Positions 13,660 through 26,585 of a stretch of DNA of 64,000 nucleotides are shown here, piece by piece. The notes under the pieces are model-generated. The model was not told the origin of the DNA. It saw only the letters and a program-made list of their open reading frames with translations, and ran no database searches. The stretch is from Octopus bimaculoides. Taxonomy: Eukaryota. The stretch is from positions 54,372,715 to 54,436,714 of the forward strand of contig NC_068999.1 in NCBI RefSeq assembly GCF_001194135.2, given 5' to 3'. The stretch's first letter is position 1. Each line of letters starts with the position of its first letter. The position numbers and the translations under genes are program-made.

Positions 13660-13722
13660 TAAGCCGAGCGCTAGCTTTTGCTTGACACAAACATTGAAGC
13701 TTTTTTTCATCTGCAACATTTG
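13660..13722 (+). other. TAF6: Putative non-coding first exon of TAF6
   Basis: TG|GTAAGT donor at 13722/13723 downstream of a CpG-enriched stretch (about 13200-13680). The acceptor at 15630 needs an upstream exon. Exon start is uncertain. Confidence 0.4.
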
Positions 13723-13947
13723 GTAAGTCACTATCCTAAAAACTTTCTTTGAACGTTTTTAAAATATATCTAACACATAAACGGAGCATGAAAGATTGCT
13801 TGGAAATACATGGCGTATTTTATAAATATTCATAGTTAAAATTTCTTGAAAGCATGAAATTGTTAGCAGCTCTTTCGGTTGTGTATTAGATTGATATTTA
13901 TGTCTCACTGGATGGAGTACTTTTTTGTTGATTCTACCTATATTGGA

Positions 13948-14365
13948 GGTAATCTTCCAGTTTCGAGAGGTAATAGAAATAAATAAAAAAATATTCAAGG
14001 GAAATAACTGAACGACTTACCAGTATTATCCGTACTGCTTTTTCTCTAAAACAGCATGCGACGGAATTTTTTTTTATAAAAGTTTAAAATGTTTTTTTCT
14101 TTTTACAAACAGCATGCGATGAAATTTTTTTTTATAAAAGTTTAGGGTTAGATGTTGTGCAGCCGGTCTTCCACGAGGCATTTTCGATTTCTCATAAGAA
14201 ACTATGATATTCAATCACGCGTGTGACTTACATATAACGTCAGTTAACGTCAATCAAATCACGTGATTTATTTATAAACAAAGTACGGATAATACTGGTA
14301 AGACGATCAGTTATTTCCCTTGTATTTTATTTACTTTTTTAACCTCTCGAAACTGGAAGATTACC
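13948..14365. mobile_element. MITE-like element with about 90-bp imperfect terminal inverted repeats
   Basis: ggtaatcttccagtttcgagagg...caagggaaataactgaacgacttaccagtattatccgtac is mirrored at 14282-14365; internal ~40-bp direct duplication (14047-14085 vs 14105-14143). Confidence 0.8.
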
Positions 14366-15658
14366 ATATATATATATATATATATATATAATGTGTGTGC
14401 ACGCTCTTGGATGTTTTCTCGCGTTCATGTAGTTTTTTTCTTTCCCCCATATAAATAGAACTACACAATATCAAATCCATGAAAAGGGCTTTACTTTTAA
14501 ATCTGGTCTATGCGAGACAACAACCAATAAAATTCGTACACACACATGATAAGTTATTTCCCCGTTTCCATGCTAACTTCTATATTTGCTTCTGCATCTA
14601 GTATATGACAAAACTTTAATCCTTTCAATGTCGATAAAAGAAAATAAAATAAACAAGGAGTGCCGAAGATGGTGCTGACATAGTCGACTTTGTTTCTCTC
14701 TCGGAATGTCTGGCTATATGCCACTATTCACCATCCGAACCCGAGGGTTTATACCTCGTCACCGACACAGCACTGTCAGCATTGAAGAGGTATAACTTGT
14801 TAAAGTTGTTATTATTTAGTCCCAAGTCATCCCTCAGCCAGTAGACCTATGATGAAAGGCATTCTAGTATCGATCACACCGTTTTTTCACATTGTTAGTC
14901 TCTGGTTATATTATTCTATAATTTGTTGTTTTGTTCCCCATTACCACCACCTAAAGACAGCAGAGAATGATTTGAAAGCGAATTGACTGCTGTTTCTAGC
15001 AGATCTAATCACCACATAGATGGTCACTCATTACTCTAGTCAAGGTATGTTGAGGTTGTAGGTCTTCTACCTACACTTCACACGGTACAATGTACATTTC
15101 TACCCCAATTGCCTTATCTTTTTTGGTCAATTAAGTCTTCTTTTCTCATGCATTTTCTAAAAATGTTTCTGTTTAGTCCCAAAGTATCTAATATAATTTT
15201 GCAACTAACCATTTCATGTTGTAATTCCCTGTTAAAATTTCCTCCCTATACCCTCCTCTCTCTTGTTATACTTACTACCTTTTCTCTTCCAGACCTCACA
15301 CTTTACACTTTCCTTATAGGGCCAGTCCTCTGGAATTAACACCACTTTCCATTCTTCCTGCAGACATCAACTTAGAAAAGTTTAAGGTGAACTTTAACTG
15401 AATTGATATCAACTGTCTCAGAGAACCTACAAAGGTTATCTGTGCTTTCTCCTTCTCCTGATCCAGGCAAAAAGAAAAACAAGGAACGTCCCATCTGAAA
15501 GAGTTTCAGTATGATTTTCCCTCCTCCTCCTTTATAGTTCCAGTAAATGGAGTGTTGCAGAGAAAGTTGCAGATACAACACGTATATATTGTTACTGAGC
15601 TCACATTATCTATGTCTGTCTATTTTTCAGATTGCTGATTTGTCAAATCTTGTCAAGA

Positions 15659-15811
15659 ATGGCTGAAAAACACGAAGTAAAAGTAAGCAGTACACTTAGC
15701 CCTGATTCCATGAAAGGTATTGCAGAGTCTATTGGGGTCAGTGGAATTCCTGATGATGCTGCAAGCCAGTTAGCAGAAGATGTTAGCTACAGACTTAAAC
15801 TCCTTATTCAA
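15659..15811 (+). CDS. TAF6: TAF6 coding exon 1 (histone fold start, MAEKHEVK...VSYRLKLLIQ)
   Basis: Acceptor tttttcag at 15630, ATG 15659, donor gtaggt 15812; matches the TAF6 H4-like histone fold. Confidence 0.95.
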
Positions 15812-16739
15812 GTAGGTTTCACTCTTCACATTTAAAAAACATTTTTCATCAAACTGTAATAACTTGATATCATGGTGGCATGCTGTCTGGCTTGGAGGTT
15901 AGGGTGTTGGGCTCATGATAATATGATTCTTGGATCAGGCAATGTGTTGTTTCCTTAAGCAAAGAGGCACTTTGTTTCATGTTGCTCTAATCCACTTGGC
16001 TGAAGATGAGTATCAGCCCTGTGCTGGTACAGCCTACTCTCTTCTCAGCTGTCACATCCTGGATATGCCCCTGGATCCAGAGAGGGAATACCAAGAAGGT
16101 GTCTATGTCTGTTAGTGGTTACCTAGTCAATTATCTAAAACATGATACAATGCAAATGACAATGATGCTTTATACTGTCTAAAAGATACATGGCAAATGA
16201 AAATAACAGGCTTTAAAATATTGTTATTTTATAGCTTAGAGAATGAAGGATGGTGTCTGTGACTCTTCTCTGAACCTTCAAGCGAGATGGCAGTTATCCT
16301 TAAATCAAAGTCAGCCTGAATACTTGCAGTAGTGTGGACTCTTCTAAAGCTCATATCATGTGGTTGTGTTAAGCCTAGTGACTGATTAAACACACCACCC
16401 GAAAACAAGAAGAGTCTCTCAGTAATGGGCCCCTACACAGGTTTCATCTGTCAAATTTTACTTACAAGTCAATCCTGAAGCTAATAAGTGACACCTGCAC
16501 ATATACACACGCACACGTCTTTTTTTTATTGTACATTTGTTAGGAATTCTCTCAACCCAAATGTTCAATATGCCCAACTGATACATACAACAACTGGGAA
16601 TACTGCCAATCTTTCTTATTGTGTCATTTTTTTTTTATAGCCAACCACTTCACCCTATGTACTAGAGATTGCACTAGAGATTTTGTCTGTCAGGACTAAA
16701 GACCTGTACCTTACATTCAGAATTTACAGCCTAATGTAA

Positions 16740-16960
16740 ATATTGATTTCAAATTTTGTCACAAGACCAGCAATTTCAAGGGAGTAAGTCATTTACATCG
16801 ACCCCCAGTAATCAACTAGTACTCATTTTATCAACCCCAAAAGGATGAAAAGCAAAGTCAACCTCCGAAAAATTTGAACTCTGGACATAAAGACAGACAA
16901 AATGCTGCTAAACATTTTGCCCAACATGCTAACAATTCTGCCGGCTTGCTGTCTTACATA
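16740..16960 (-). mobile_element. SINE with a Meta-domain-like core (other copies near 4120-4300, 19960-20180, 26590-26830, 28300-28520, 36130-36570, 48680-48830, 58500-58720)
   Basis: Recurrent gtcgactttgcctttcatcctttcggggtcgataaattaagtaccag block; the Meta-domain assignment is from memory of the consensus. Confidence 0.75.
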
Positions 16961-17185
16961 ATAAAGTAAAAGATATGAGAGTCAACTCTATTTTTGTGCA
17001 GTTTCAGTTTAGAGTTTTAGCTACTTTGATTAATTTTTCACCTCTAATATTCTTAAGAAACTCGTGAATATCACACACTCTGAATTCCTCTGTACATAAG
17101 AGCTCTTTCTTATGGTGCATTGTGTATCACTTTTAAGCTATAATTAAACGGTCTATCTTGACAGCCAAATTCTTTTCTGTTTCAG

Positions 17186-17272
17186 GAAGCTGCTAAATTT
17201 ATGCACCACTGCAAACGAAGCAAGCTAATTACCAGTGACTTTGATATGGCTTTGAAGATCAAGAACTTGGAA
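17186..17272 (+). CDS. TAF6: TAF6 coding exon 2 (EAAKFMHHCKRSKLITSDFDMALKIKNLE)
   Basis: ttcag/gtaagt, phase 0-0, 87 nt. Confidence 0.95.
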
Positions 17273-17539
17273 GTAAGTTATCAACTATTTCCCTTTGAGA
17301 AAGCAGAACACTATTGTAATTCACTCTTGTTTAATACATGACCAAGTCAGTAAATAATCAGATAATTAAACAATAAGTCACAGGTCCATAACATAGCAAC
17401 AGCAGAGCATGTGTTCATAACCAAGACACATTACCCTTAATAGCTCAGTCCAGCTAGCTGTAATAGAGTACCACAAATTAAGTGGGATGACTGAGCGAAT
17501 AAATTATCAGATAACCAATCTCGCTGAGTCGTATTAAAA

Positions 17540-17800
17540 GCTCCCCTTCAGTCATGAATGACCATGGGATTGCACCTAGAAAGTTCCCCTCCAAGGCACA
17601 AGTCTGGGCAAGGTTGTTTTATGGAAGACCAGCAGTCGCCCATGCATACCAGCCTCCCCACTCCATGCCACTGATGTTATCTAAGGGAAAGACAAACACT
17701 GAAACAGCTTGGCACCAGTGATGTTACAACTCATTTCTACAGCTGAGTCAACTGGAGCAATGTGAAATAATGTGTCTTGCTTAAGAAAACAACACACAGC
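17540..17800 (+). mobile_element. Interspersed repeat (second copy about 54210-54370)
   Basis: gaatgaccatgg.attgcacctagaaagtt.ccc.ccaagg.acaagtctgggcaaggttgtttatggaagacca is shared by both copies. Confidence 0.75.
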
Positions 17801-18677
17801 CTGATCCAGGAATCAAACTCACTATCTTGTGTTTATGGGCCCGATGCTCTAACCACTGAGCCATGCACCTTCACTGAGTCGTTTTAGATAGTTGTATAAA
17901 GCATACAAATACACTGTTTTGACTCTTGTTTATTTTGTGATTGTAAATGGATTCCAATAGTTACAACAATGAATATTCTGGTGTTTGATCAGCTGAACTA
18001 CCTGCCCATTGTATTAACAAGTGAAGTGGCACATTACTCCAGAGGCACATTTACTCTTAACATAACCCTCGAGCAAAATCAGCACGACACAGTGTGTATG
18101 GAAAGGCTGAATCTTTGAATGATCGCAGTCTAATGACTGAAACGAGTAAAAGATGAAAAAAATATAGGTATACTCCATTTGATGATTTCACTCACAAGAC
18201 ATGGGTCAACTCAAGGCTATGGTAAAAGACATTTGCTCAAGATGCCATTCAGTGGGAATCAAACCTGGGAACTTGTCATTGAGAAGAGAATTTCTTAACC
18301 ATTTGGCTGTGTTGCATCCAGTTAAGTATTATGTAGTATAAGGTGTTAAAAATTTTCATTGTTCATCTATGACTTTCACTGATATTATTCCACTACATCG
18401 TTTTTAACTGGCGACCATGACTTTTTCACACTAATTCAGTTTTATGGTCTCAGATGAAGTCACTTGCCAAACAAGTACAACTCTCAAATAATTTAGCACA
18501 GAGAGAGGAACTGTAAGTGGCTTACTGTATGGTAACTGGAATTTTAGGGGATTCACTGAATCATTTTACGAACACACTTTATATGCACATTTCCTTTTTA
18601 TACAAATATGTTTTGTTTATGTGTGTGTGTGTTTTTATTTTTCTCAAAATGAATTGAATTGGAATTTTCTCTTGTAG

Positions 18678-18831
18678 CCATTGTATGGTTTCCAGTCAAA
18701 AGACCTTATACCATTTCGGTACACCAGTGGTGGAGGACGTGAGCTACATTTCTACGATGAAAAAGAACTAGATCTTAATGAGATAATCAGCAGTCAATTT
18801 CCAAAAATTCCATTAGATGTTTCATTAAAAA
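18678..18831 (+). CDS. TAF6: TAF6 coding exon 3 ([33 protein letters not shown]...)
   Basis: tgtag/gtaagc, 154 nt, phase 0-1. Confidence 0.96.
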
Positions 18832-19551
18832 GTAAGCAAAAATACAACTATTCCTTATTTTTAATGTTTTGCTTGTTGGTTTTTATGCTATATGGACAAT
18901 AGACATTAAATGATGATGATGATGATGATACCAACATAAATGAGAGCCAGACACTTTTATTTTATTTGTCAGCCTTGTTACAGTGATTTGCCAACTAAAC
19001 TGGAACAAACCAAAGTTTTTCTTATAAATATTTTAATTTTTTACTGGTTTCATTATTCGGACTGTGGCCATGCTGGGACATTGCCTTAAAAAAAATTGTT
19101 TTTCATTAATTATATTCACTCCAGCTCTTAATTGTTATCTGGTACTTATTTTTTTTACTTTTAGTGGTATAAATGGTTGTATTACACTAATATACATATG
19201 CACACATACACACACTCCTCATCATCATCATTTAACGTCCACCTTCCATGCTGGCATGGGTTGGATGGTTTGACAGGAGCAGAAGCCAGCACCTGCCTTC
19301 TGTGTCTGTTTTGGCATAGTTTTACAGCTGGATGTCCTTCCTAACACCAACCACCCAGCAGAGTGGACTAATGCAATATGTATTCATACACACATTTCTG
19401 TACAGTTTTCATCTACCAAGTTTCCTTCAGATGACATGTGACATCTACCCAACATATTACACTTAGTAGTATTGAACCCAGAACCATGTACTTATAAAGC
19501 CATTGTCTTAACCACACAGCCATCATGACTTTTTTTCCTGTTTTCTCTCAG

Positions 19552-19775
19552 CTCACTGGTTAAGTATTGAAGGAGTGCAGCCTGCCATTCCTGAGAACCC
19601 TCCCCCTGCATCTAAAGAACAACAACAAAAAGAAAGCTTCGACACTTCCATCAAAGCAGTCATTGACCGTTTACATAAACCGAAACCACACACTGACCTT
19701 GCCAAAGCACGGATGAAGCAGAAGTGTGCCAATACTGCCAAATTAAAGAATCTCATAATACATGAATTATCAGTG
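19552..19775 (+). CDS. TAF6: TAF6 coding exon 4 ([18 protein letters not shown]...IHELSV)
   Basis: ctcag/gtaagt, 224 nt, phase 1-0. Confidence 0.96.
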
Positions 19776-21469
19776 GTAAGTATCATCTCTTTCCTATCCT
19801 CTCTCTCTCTTTTCAATCTTTATCTCACCTTCATTTTCCCTTGCTTTCTCTTCCTCAATTCATATCCTGTTAGAGTTATGCAAGCCTTTACTTACACAGT
19901 CTCCATAATTACAAATTTAGATAATGAAGTGTTGCAAGTCACTTCAATAGAATTAAGTAGTTTAAGATGGTATGCTGACAGAATCATTAGCACACCAGAA
20001 AAAATGCATGACAGTATTTCTGATGACTTTACGTTCTGAGTTCAAATACTGCCACAGTCGACTTTGCCTTTCATACTTTTGAGGTTGATAAAATAAGTAC
20101 CAGTTGAACATTGGGGTCGATGTAATCAACTTACCACTTCCCTTGAAATTGCTGGCTTTATGCAAAAATTTGAAATCAATATAATTAGGTAGCTTGTTGT
20201 ACAAAGTTGAACTCCTTCAATGAGTTTCAGTCTTCAGCAGGGCTCTACACCTCCACTACCAGTGATAAGCATTTCATTCTCATAACTAAAGATTTGCTAT
20301 ATTTCTCACAATCTATGTTTTAATTCAGTATGTTCATAAATAAATATATATGAAAGTATGTGGCTTAGTGGTTAAAGTATTCAACTCACAATCATAAGGT
20401 TGTGAGTTCGATTCCCAGCAGCGCGTTGTGTCCTTAAGCAAATCACTTTTATTTCATGGTGCTCCAGGATACTCTTCTGGCAAAAATAAGTAGTACCAGT
20501 AATTCAAAGGGCCAGCCTTATCACTTTCAGTGTCATGCTGAGTCTTCCTGAGAACTACATTAAGGGTACGCATGTCTACGAGTGCTCAGCCACTTGCACG
20601 TTAATTTCAAGAGCAGGCTGTTCCATTAATCGGATCAGCTGGAACCTTCATCATTATAACCGATGGAGTACCAGTTAATACATGGGGCTTGTTTCTCTGT
20701 AGTTTCTTGTCACACATACATATCATCCTACCCTCAGATAAGTTTTTACTTCCCCTCCCTCTTTTACATGTTTCTTCACCACCACTCGCCACTCCACCCT
20801 CATCTTCTTTCTTTCTGTCCTCTACACATTGTTATCTCCTTTATTTAGTTACATCATTTATATTTTACTTGTTTTAGTCATTAGACTGTGGCCATGCTGG
20901 GGCACCACCTTGAAGAATTTTTAGTTAAATGAATCAACCCCAGTACTTATTTTTTTAAGCCTGGAACTTATACTATTGGTTGTTTTTGCCAAACCACTAA
21001 GTTACGGGGATGTAAACCCACCAACACCAGTTGTCAAGCGATGTTAATGGACAAATATAGACACACACACACATATACAACAGACTTCTTTCAGTTTCCA
21101 TCTACCAAATCCACTCAAGGATTTGGTCAGCCCTAGATTATAGTAGAAAACACTTGCCCAAGGTGTCATACAGTGGGACTGATCCAGAATTATATGGTTG
21201 AGAAGCAAGCTTCTTACCATTCAGCCACACCTGCCTTTATGTATTTCTATGGTTTTGGCTGAGAAGAATTGACTGTAGCCATCTATAACCTTCACAAACC
21301 CTCTGGAACTAGTGGAATTGAGGTGCATCAGGAATGACTGCAAGTCAATGTCTGTGTGGAAATTGTGGTTAGGAAAGGAATTTGAGAGGTTTGAGGAGGA
21401 AAGAAGGAGTAATGTGGTTAGGGTTGAATGAAAAAGGCATTTAAGAGTGTTTAATTTAAAATTTTTTTA

Positions 21470-22170
21470 TTTACTTTCTGGATCTAGAGGAAGGAGTAGT
21501 ACCTATGGCCTTCACAGGTTCTCTAAGACTAATGAGATTGATATCATTAACATTATGCTTAAACTGTTGCAAGTCAGCACCTCCAGGGAAGACAAGTTCC
21601 ATAAGGCCAATGTTCTGAGTGAAAGAACTGGAAGCAGTGATTAGTGGTGGAACCAACAAAGAATGACGAGAGAAGAGTTGCATGTGTATCCATTGCTGCT
21701 CCTTCATCACTCATATTGGAAGCGTCAAGAGACTAATCAACTTCAACAAGCCAAAGCCTTTGTAGCAGCAATAGACAACACAGAGAAGTGAACCAGCACG
21801 TCTGTAGGTGAGAGGCTGGAACATGTCTGTGAGTGGCTTTGAATCACTCGAGGGAAGTGATCATTCTTCAAATGCTTTCTAGGATTATCTGTGTGAAAAG
21901 TAATAACCTGGAAAAAGTAGTTAGTGTTGCTAATGAGAAACTAACTAAGTGTAACAAGAGGGATTGGGCCTTTAACTAGTTGCTAAAGCAGTTGAAGATG
22001 TAGGGTGAGAAGATAGCAAATCCGTGAAGCATCTTCAATATCATTCCATATATGGGAGCAGTATTCCATTGTGGTCCCAGTCAAGCTTTATAAAGTTGTT
22101 AAGAGTGTCATGATAATTATGTTGATAAACATCCAAGTTTAATACCAGCCTTTACAGTGTAGTTGAAAAA
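21470..22170 (-). mobile_element. 3' end of a decayed CR1/L2-like LINE
   Basis: Minus-strand remnants MEYCSHIWND and ELVFPGGADLQQFKHNVNDINL, typical of CR1-type RT C-termini. Confidence 0.65.
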
Positions 22171-22286
22171 GACATTTAAAGTGAATGAATTGTGTGTGTA
22201 GCGAGAGAGAGAGGGAGAGGGAGAAGTGTCACAGTAATGATTTTTTACTATTTAAGTTGCCCATCATGTCTTCATCTTCCTTACAG

Positions 22287-22352
22287 GAACAACAATTATA
22301 TTATAAAGAAATTACAGAAGCTTGCGTTGGAGCTGATGAACCACGACGTCAG
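22287..22352 (+). CDS. TAF6: TAF6 coding exon 5 (EQQLYYKEITEACVGADEPRRQ)
   Basis: ttacag/gttaga, 66 nt. Confidence 0.95.
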
Positions 22353-22939
22353 GTTAGATGATAATTTCTTTTTATTTGTTTTATATTCTTTTATTCTTTT
22401 ACTTGTTTCAGTCATTTGACTGCAGCCATGTTGGAGCACCACCTTTAGTCGAACACATCAACCTCAGGACTTATTCTTTGTAAGCCTAGTACCTTATTCT
22501 ATCAATCTCTTTTGCCGAACCGCTAAGTTACAGCGATGTAAACACGCCAACATCAGTTGTCAAGCGATGGTGGGGGACAAACACAGACACATGAGAGGCA
22601 CTTATGCCAATGACACAAAAGGCACCCATGCTTGTAACACGAGACACCTAGTACACTCTGTAAAGTGGTTGGCATTAGGAAGGACATTCAGTGATAGAAA
22701 CCAAGCCAAAACAACTGGAACCTGGTGCAGCTCTTTGGTTATCATCTCCAGTCAAACTGTCCTACCTATGCCAGCATGGAAAACAGATGCTAAATGAGGA
22801 TGATGATGATACATATACACACATATATACACAATGGACTTCCATCCAGTGAATTCTATTGAGAGGGTTTACTGTATGTTATTTACTTTGGTGATTGTTT
22901 TTCTTTTGTTGATACTTTTTTTTTTTTTTTTTTTTGCAG

Positions 22940-23119
22940 CAAGCCTTACAGAGTTTAGTGTCTGACCCTGGATTACACCAAATGCTGCCTCGGTTTAGTA
23001 CTTTCATATCTGAAGGTGTGAAGATCAATGTTGTTCAGAACAACTTAGCTTTGCTGATTTACCTGATGAGAATGGTGAAGTCATTGATTGACAATCCAAA
23101 CTTGTATCTAGAAAAATAT
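22940..23119 (+). CDS. TAF6: TAF6 coding exon 6 ([26 protein letters not shown]...LYLEKY)
   Basis: ttgcag/gtgagc, 180 nt; start of the HEAT-repeat domain. Confidence 0.97.
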
Positions 23120-23689
23120 GTGAGCACTCCTTTCGTTCTGTTTGTATCTTTTATTTTACTTTTAACTTGTTTCAGTCAATCGACTGTGATCATGCTGGGG
23201 TACCACCTTGGAATGTTTTAGTTGAACAGATCAACCCCAATACTTATTTTTTAAAGTTTGCTACTTGTTCTATCAGTCTCTTTTACCAAACTGCTAAGTT
23301 ATGGTGATGTAAACAAACCAAAACTAGATGTCAAATAGTGAGGAGGTACAAATACACACACACACATATTCAGTGAGCTTCTATATAGTTTCCATCTACC
23401 AAATTCACTCACAAGACATTGGTTTGCCCAGGGCTATCATAGAAGACACTTGCCCAAGATGTCATGTAGTAGGACTGAATATGAAACCACATGGTTACAA
23501 AGCAAGCTTCTTAACTATAAAGGCATGCTGTTTATGTGCAGTTCAATAAATATAGATTGTTGTTTAATCCCAAACGTGTCCAGAATGAGAAGAGGCAATG
23601 CCCATGGTATTCAAAGACCCTCCGAGACTGGTGAAACCAATGCAGTTAATGTTCCTCTTGAACAGTAACAAGTCAATGGATACTGGAAA

Positions 23690-23909
23690 AACATGTGCAT
23701 ATCACAGTTCACCTATTGTGGTTTATTATTTAAGCTTACGTCGGTTCCTCCGTGGTGTTGTTTTACATTTGTAATAAAATAAATATATGCAAATTATAAA
23801 AATAATTTAAAAAAAATATCGAGTACAGTACTGTTTTTACTTTGTGGATTTTCACCTATCACAGGGGTTTTTGGAACGTAACACCCGCAATAGTTGAGGG
23901 ATTACTGTA
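23690..23909. mobile_element. Tigger/pogo-like MITE remnant
   Basis: Ends ggaacgtaacacccgcaatagttgagggattactg|ta, a Tigger-type terminus followed by TA. Confidence 0.55.
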
Positions 23910-23925
23910 CTTACTTCAGCCTTTC

Positions 23926-24400
23926 ACTCCTTATAGGGCATAGGCCATCAGCAACTTTTCTCTACTGTTCCCAACTCTGAGCTATCTTTCATTCTTCTCT
24001 CCACTTGAATCCTTGCTTTTTTTCTTTTGGATTTTGCTGTACTGCATCATATGTTTCCCCGAGAGAAGGCCTTCCTCTCCCAGGTCTTGGTTTTGACTTG
24101 TCATTCGTGCTTTTGTAACTTAGCTTTTTTTTTTTTTAGGTTGGGGAGTTGATCCCATGCAAACTTGTTTTTTAACCTTTGGGAAGATGCGGTCCACATT
24201 AGTTTGAGCTCTTTCCTTTGACCCGTCCAACATGGGAGGCCCTACCAGCAGCTTATGCTCCACTAACATAGCTCTTGGGGGTCATCAAAGCACACAAGCC
24301 ACCACACTGCAATAAGGACTGGACTTCATTGCGGTGCGGTGTGTAGAAGGACAATACTCTGGGGAAGGAATAGAGGCTCGTGAAGGGCCTGGCGGTAGGG
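23926..24400. mobile_element. RTE-related non-autonomous repeat (second copy about 34510-34880)
   Basis: Shared gcataggccatc..caacttttc, gaaggccttcctctcccag and ctttgaccc.tc.a.ca.g.gag.ccctaccag blocks. Confidence 0.65.
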
Positions 24401-25179
24401 AGGAAATACTTTATAAGTGGTAAGAAAAATGGAGTTGTTTCATTGAATACATTTAACTTGTACACTTAAATATATTCAGTTCATTTATATCAGACAACTT
24501 CAACTGATCAGTCTCTGCATGGTGACTCAAATTTCTAGAAATAGCAGTCGAATTTTCCTCAAATCACACTCTACCACCTTAAAAACTGTGCATTGGATAA
24601 TGTTGTCTGTGTACACTACTTCTGCACGAAAAATGACAAGATGGTCATGGCTTATGTACTTTCAATCATAGGTCCACTCTATTAAGGATGTCCTGGAGCT
24701 AAATATCAACATCTTCATCTGCGCCTAAGTGCAGATATGGCTATGTAAAGAAACCCATCATATATGCGTGTGTGTGTCTTTATGTCTGTGTTTCTCCCTC
24801 ACCCACCACTTGACAACTGGTGTTGGTGTGTTTACATCCCCATAACTTAGTAGTTCTGCAAAGGTGGTAGAATAAGTACCAGGCTTTAAAAGAATAAGTA
24901 CTTGGGTTGATTCATTCAACTAAAATTCTTCATAGCAATACTCCAGTATTTTCTATTGGGGTCTTTTTTCTACTTTATATAGATTATTTAGAAATACTGT
25001 TTTGTCATTTTCATTTTTTTGTATTCCTTTTTCCTGCTAAATGAGCACTTGAGTTGAATTTATTTTTGTATTTTGTTAAATCTTGAAATTGAACAATAGT
25101 GTCAAATGTCAAACCTAAAACACAAGAAAGCTGATTTCTCTAAAAATGAAACCTAATGCCTTAAATCAAATTCAATGTG

Positions 25180-25600
25180 AAAATCTTCAAACAAATGAAA
25201 GAAACAAAGAGAAAAAATCAGAGCTAATATTGTTTTTGAGATCTTTATTAAGTTCAAAACACACACCATACATATGTAGTAACATTAGGTAAAGCTATGA
25301 AGAAAGATTTACTACTTTGACTAGAAGATAAAATCTAAAATGTATTTCTTATAAACTTTATGACACAACAAAAAACAGTAAGAGAATTTTAGTCAACTCA
25401 CTATTACAAATCAAATATTTTATCAATTACAGCTTGAATTTTTAGGTAGTAAGGGATAGCTTGAAAATTTTTAATCAAAGTTTTCTATATAATATGAAAC
25501 TACTTGGTAAAATGGATCAAGTGATAAGAAGACTTCTGAAGAATTTGTGCCTAAGGTTAAAGATATCACGAAACACCGAACAAATGTAATCCTCAGAGAG
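25180..25600 (+). mobile_element. Heavily decayed pogo/Tigger transposase fragment
   Basis: GSKG*LENF..LYNMKLLG..SDKKTSEEFVPKVKDI resembles the pogo ASxGW..F..GE.ASAD..AAEEF motif. Confidence 0.5.
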
Positions 25601-26375
25601 GTGAGCATTACATACAAAGGCTATGTACAAACTTTACCACATGATTTACCACAGTACTATGGCTAGCCATAGTACTGTGGCCATTCTGAGGTTCGAGCCC
25701 ATCATATCAACCTCAGTACTATTTCATTCTTGGACTTCTTTTATCGAGATCTATTTGTCAAACTGCTAAGTTACAGGGCACAGAATAACACAACATAAGC
25801 AACAGTGGTTCTTATACCAGTGTAAGTATAAACATGGAACACACACACACATATTAATGTTTGTTTTTATGTTCAGTTATAATAAAATCAGTTTTATATT
25901 AATCTGGTGAGTTACTCTGTACTTTTGTTGAGTACAAGATTTTTATTCTTAAACAAGAATATTGTTGACAATGACTTTAAAATTTCAATGATGGCTTAAC
26001 TGACTGAAACCTCAAAGTTGCTGTCAACATGTTTGTTTAAGAATAAATATATACATATATAAGAGAGTATTGTAGTTCGCTTGAAGCATTGTGTATTGTT
26101 TGTAAAATATGTGTCTTGAATGGCACAACAATGCATGTATGTAGAGATAGGATCTAGATATAATGACTTACCATAAGTCATCATAGCCAAGGTCCACTGA
26201 CGAAATACTGAAAGGCAAGCAAGAAATATATTTCCATTTAACAAATACGCATAGCTCTACCAACATTACTTGACCTACAGTATTGACACGTATGTGAATG
26301 GATTCCTTGATACGATATCATATTTTGTGTTGAATAAACACTTTTGAAGAATAAATTTAATTATCTTCTGTTTAT

Positions 26376-26585
26376 CCCTTTAGCATTCAGATTATTTGGT
26401 CAAATGTAATGCTTATTCATTCACATTGATTTGAATTAATCATACATTATCTCATAGCTTTGAGATTTCAATGATGTGGTTGTTGATTTTTAAATTGACA
26501 CTGTAGGTAAAAAGCCAAATCTGGCCAATTTGAACATAAAACAGAAAATTTGGGGCCAGATATGGCCAGTTTAAATGCTAAAGGG
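26376..26585. mobile_element. piggyBac-like MITE (TIR ccctttagcatt) with a TTAT target duplication
   Basis: ttat|ccctttagcatt...aatgctaaaggg|ttat. Confidence 0.8.

Noticed and set aside
17540-17660. Possible HDV-like ribozyme in the repeat (catggg/cccatg pairing)
   Set aside because: I could not build P1, P3/L3 and P1.1 in the required nested double-pseudoknot order.
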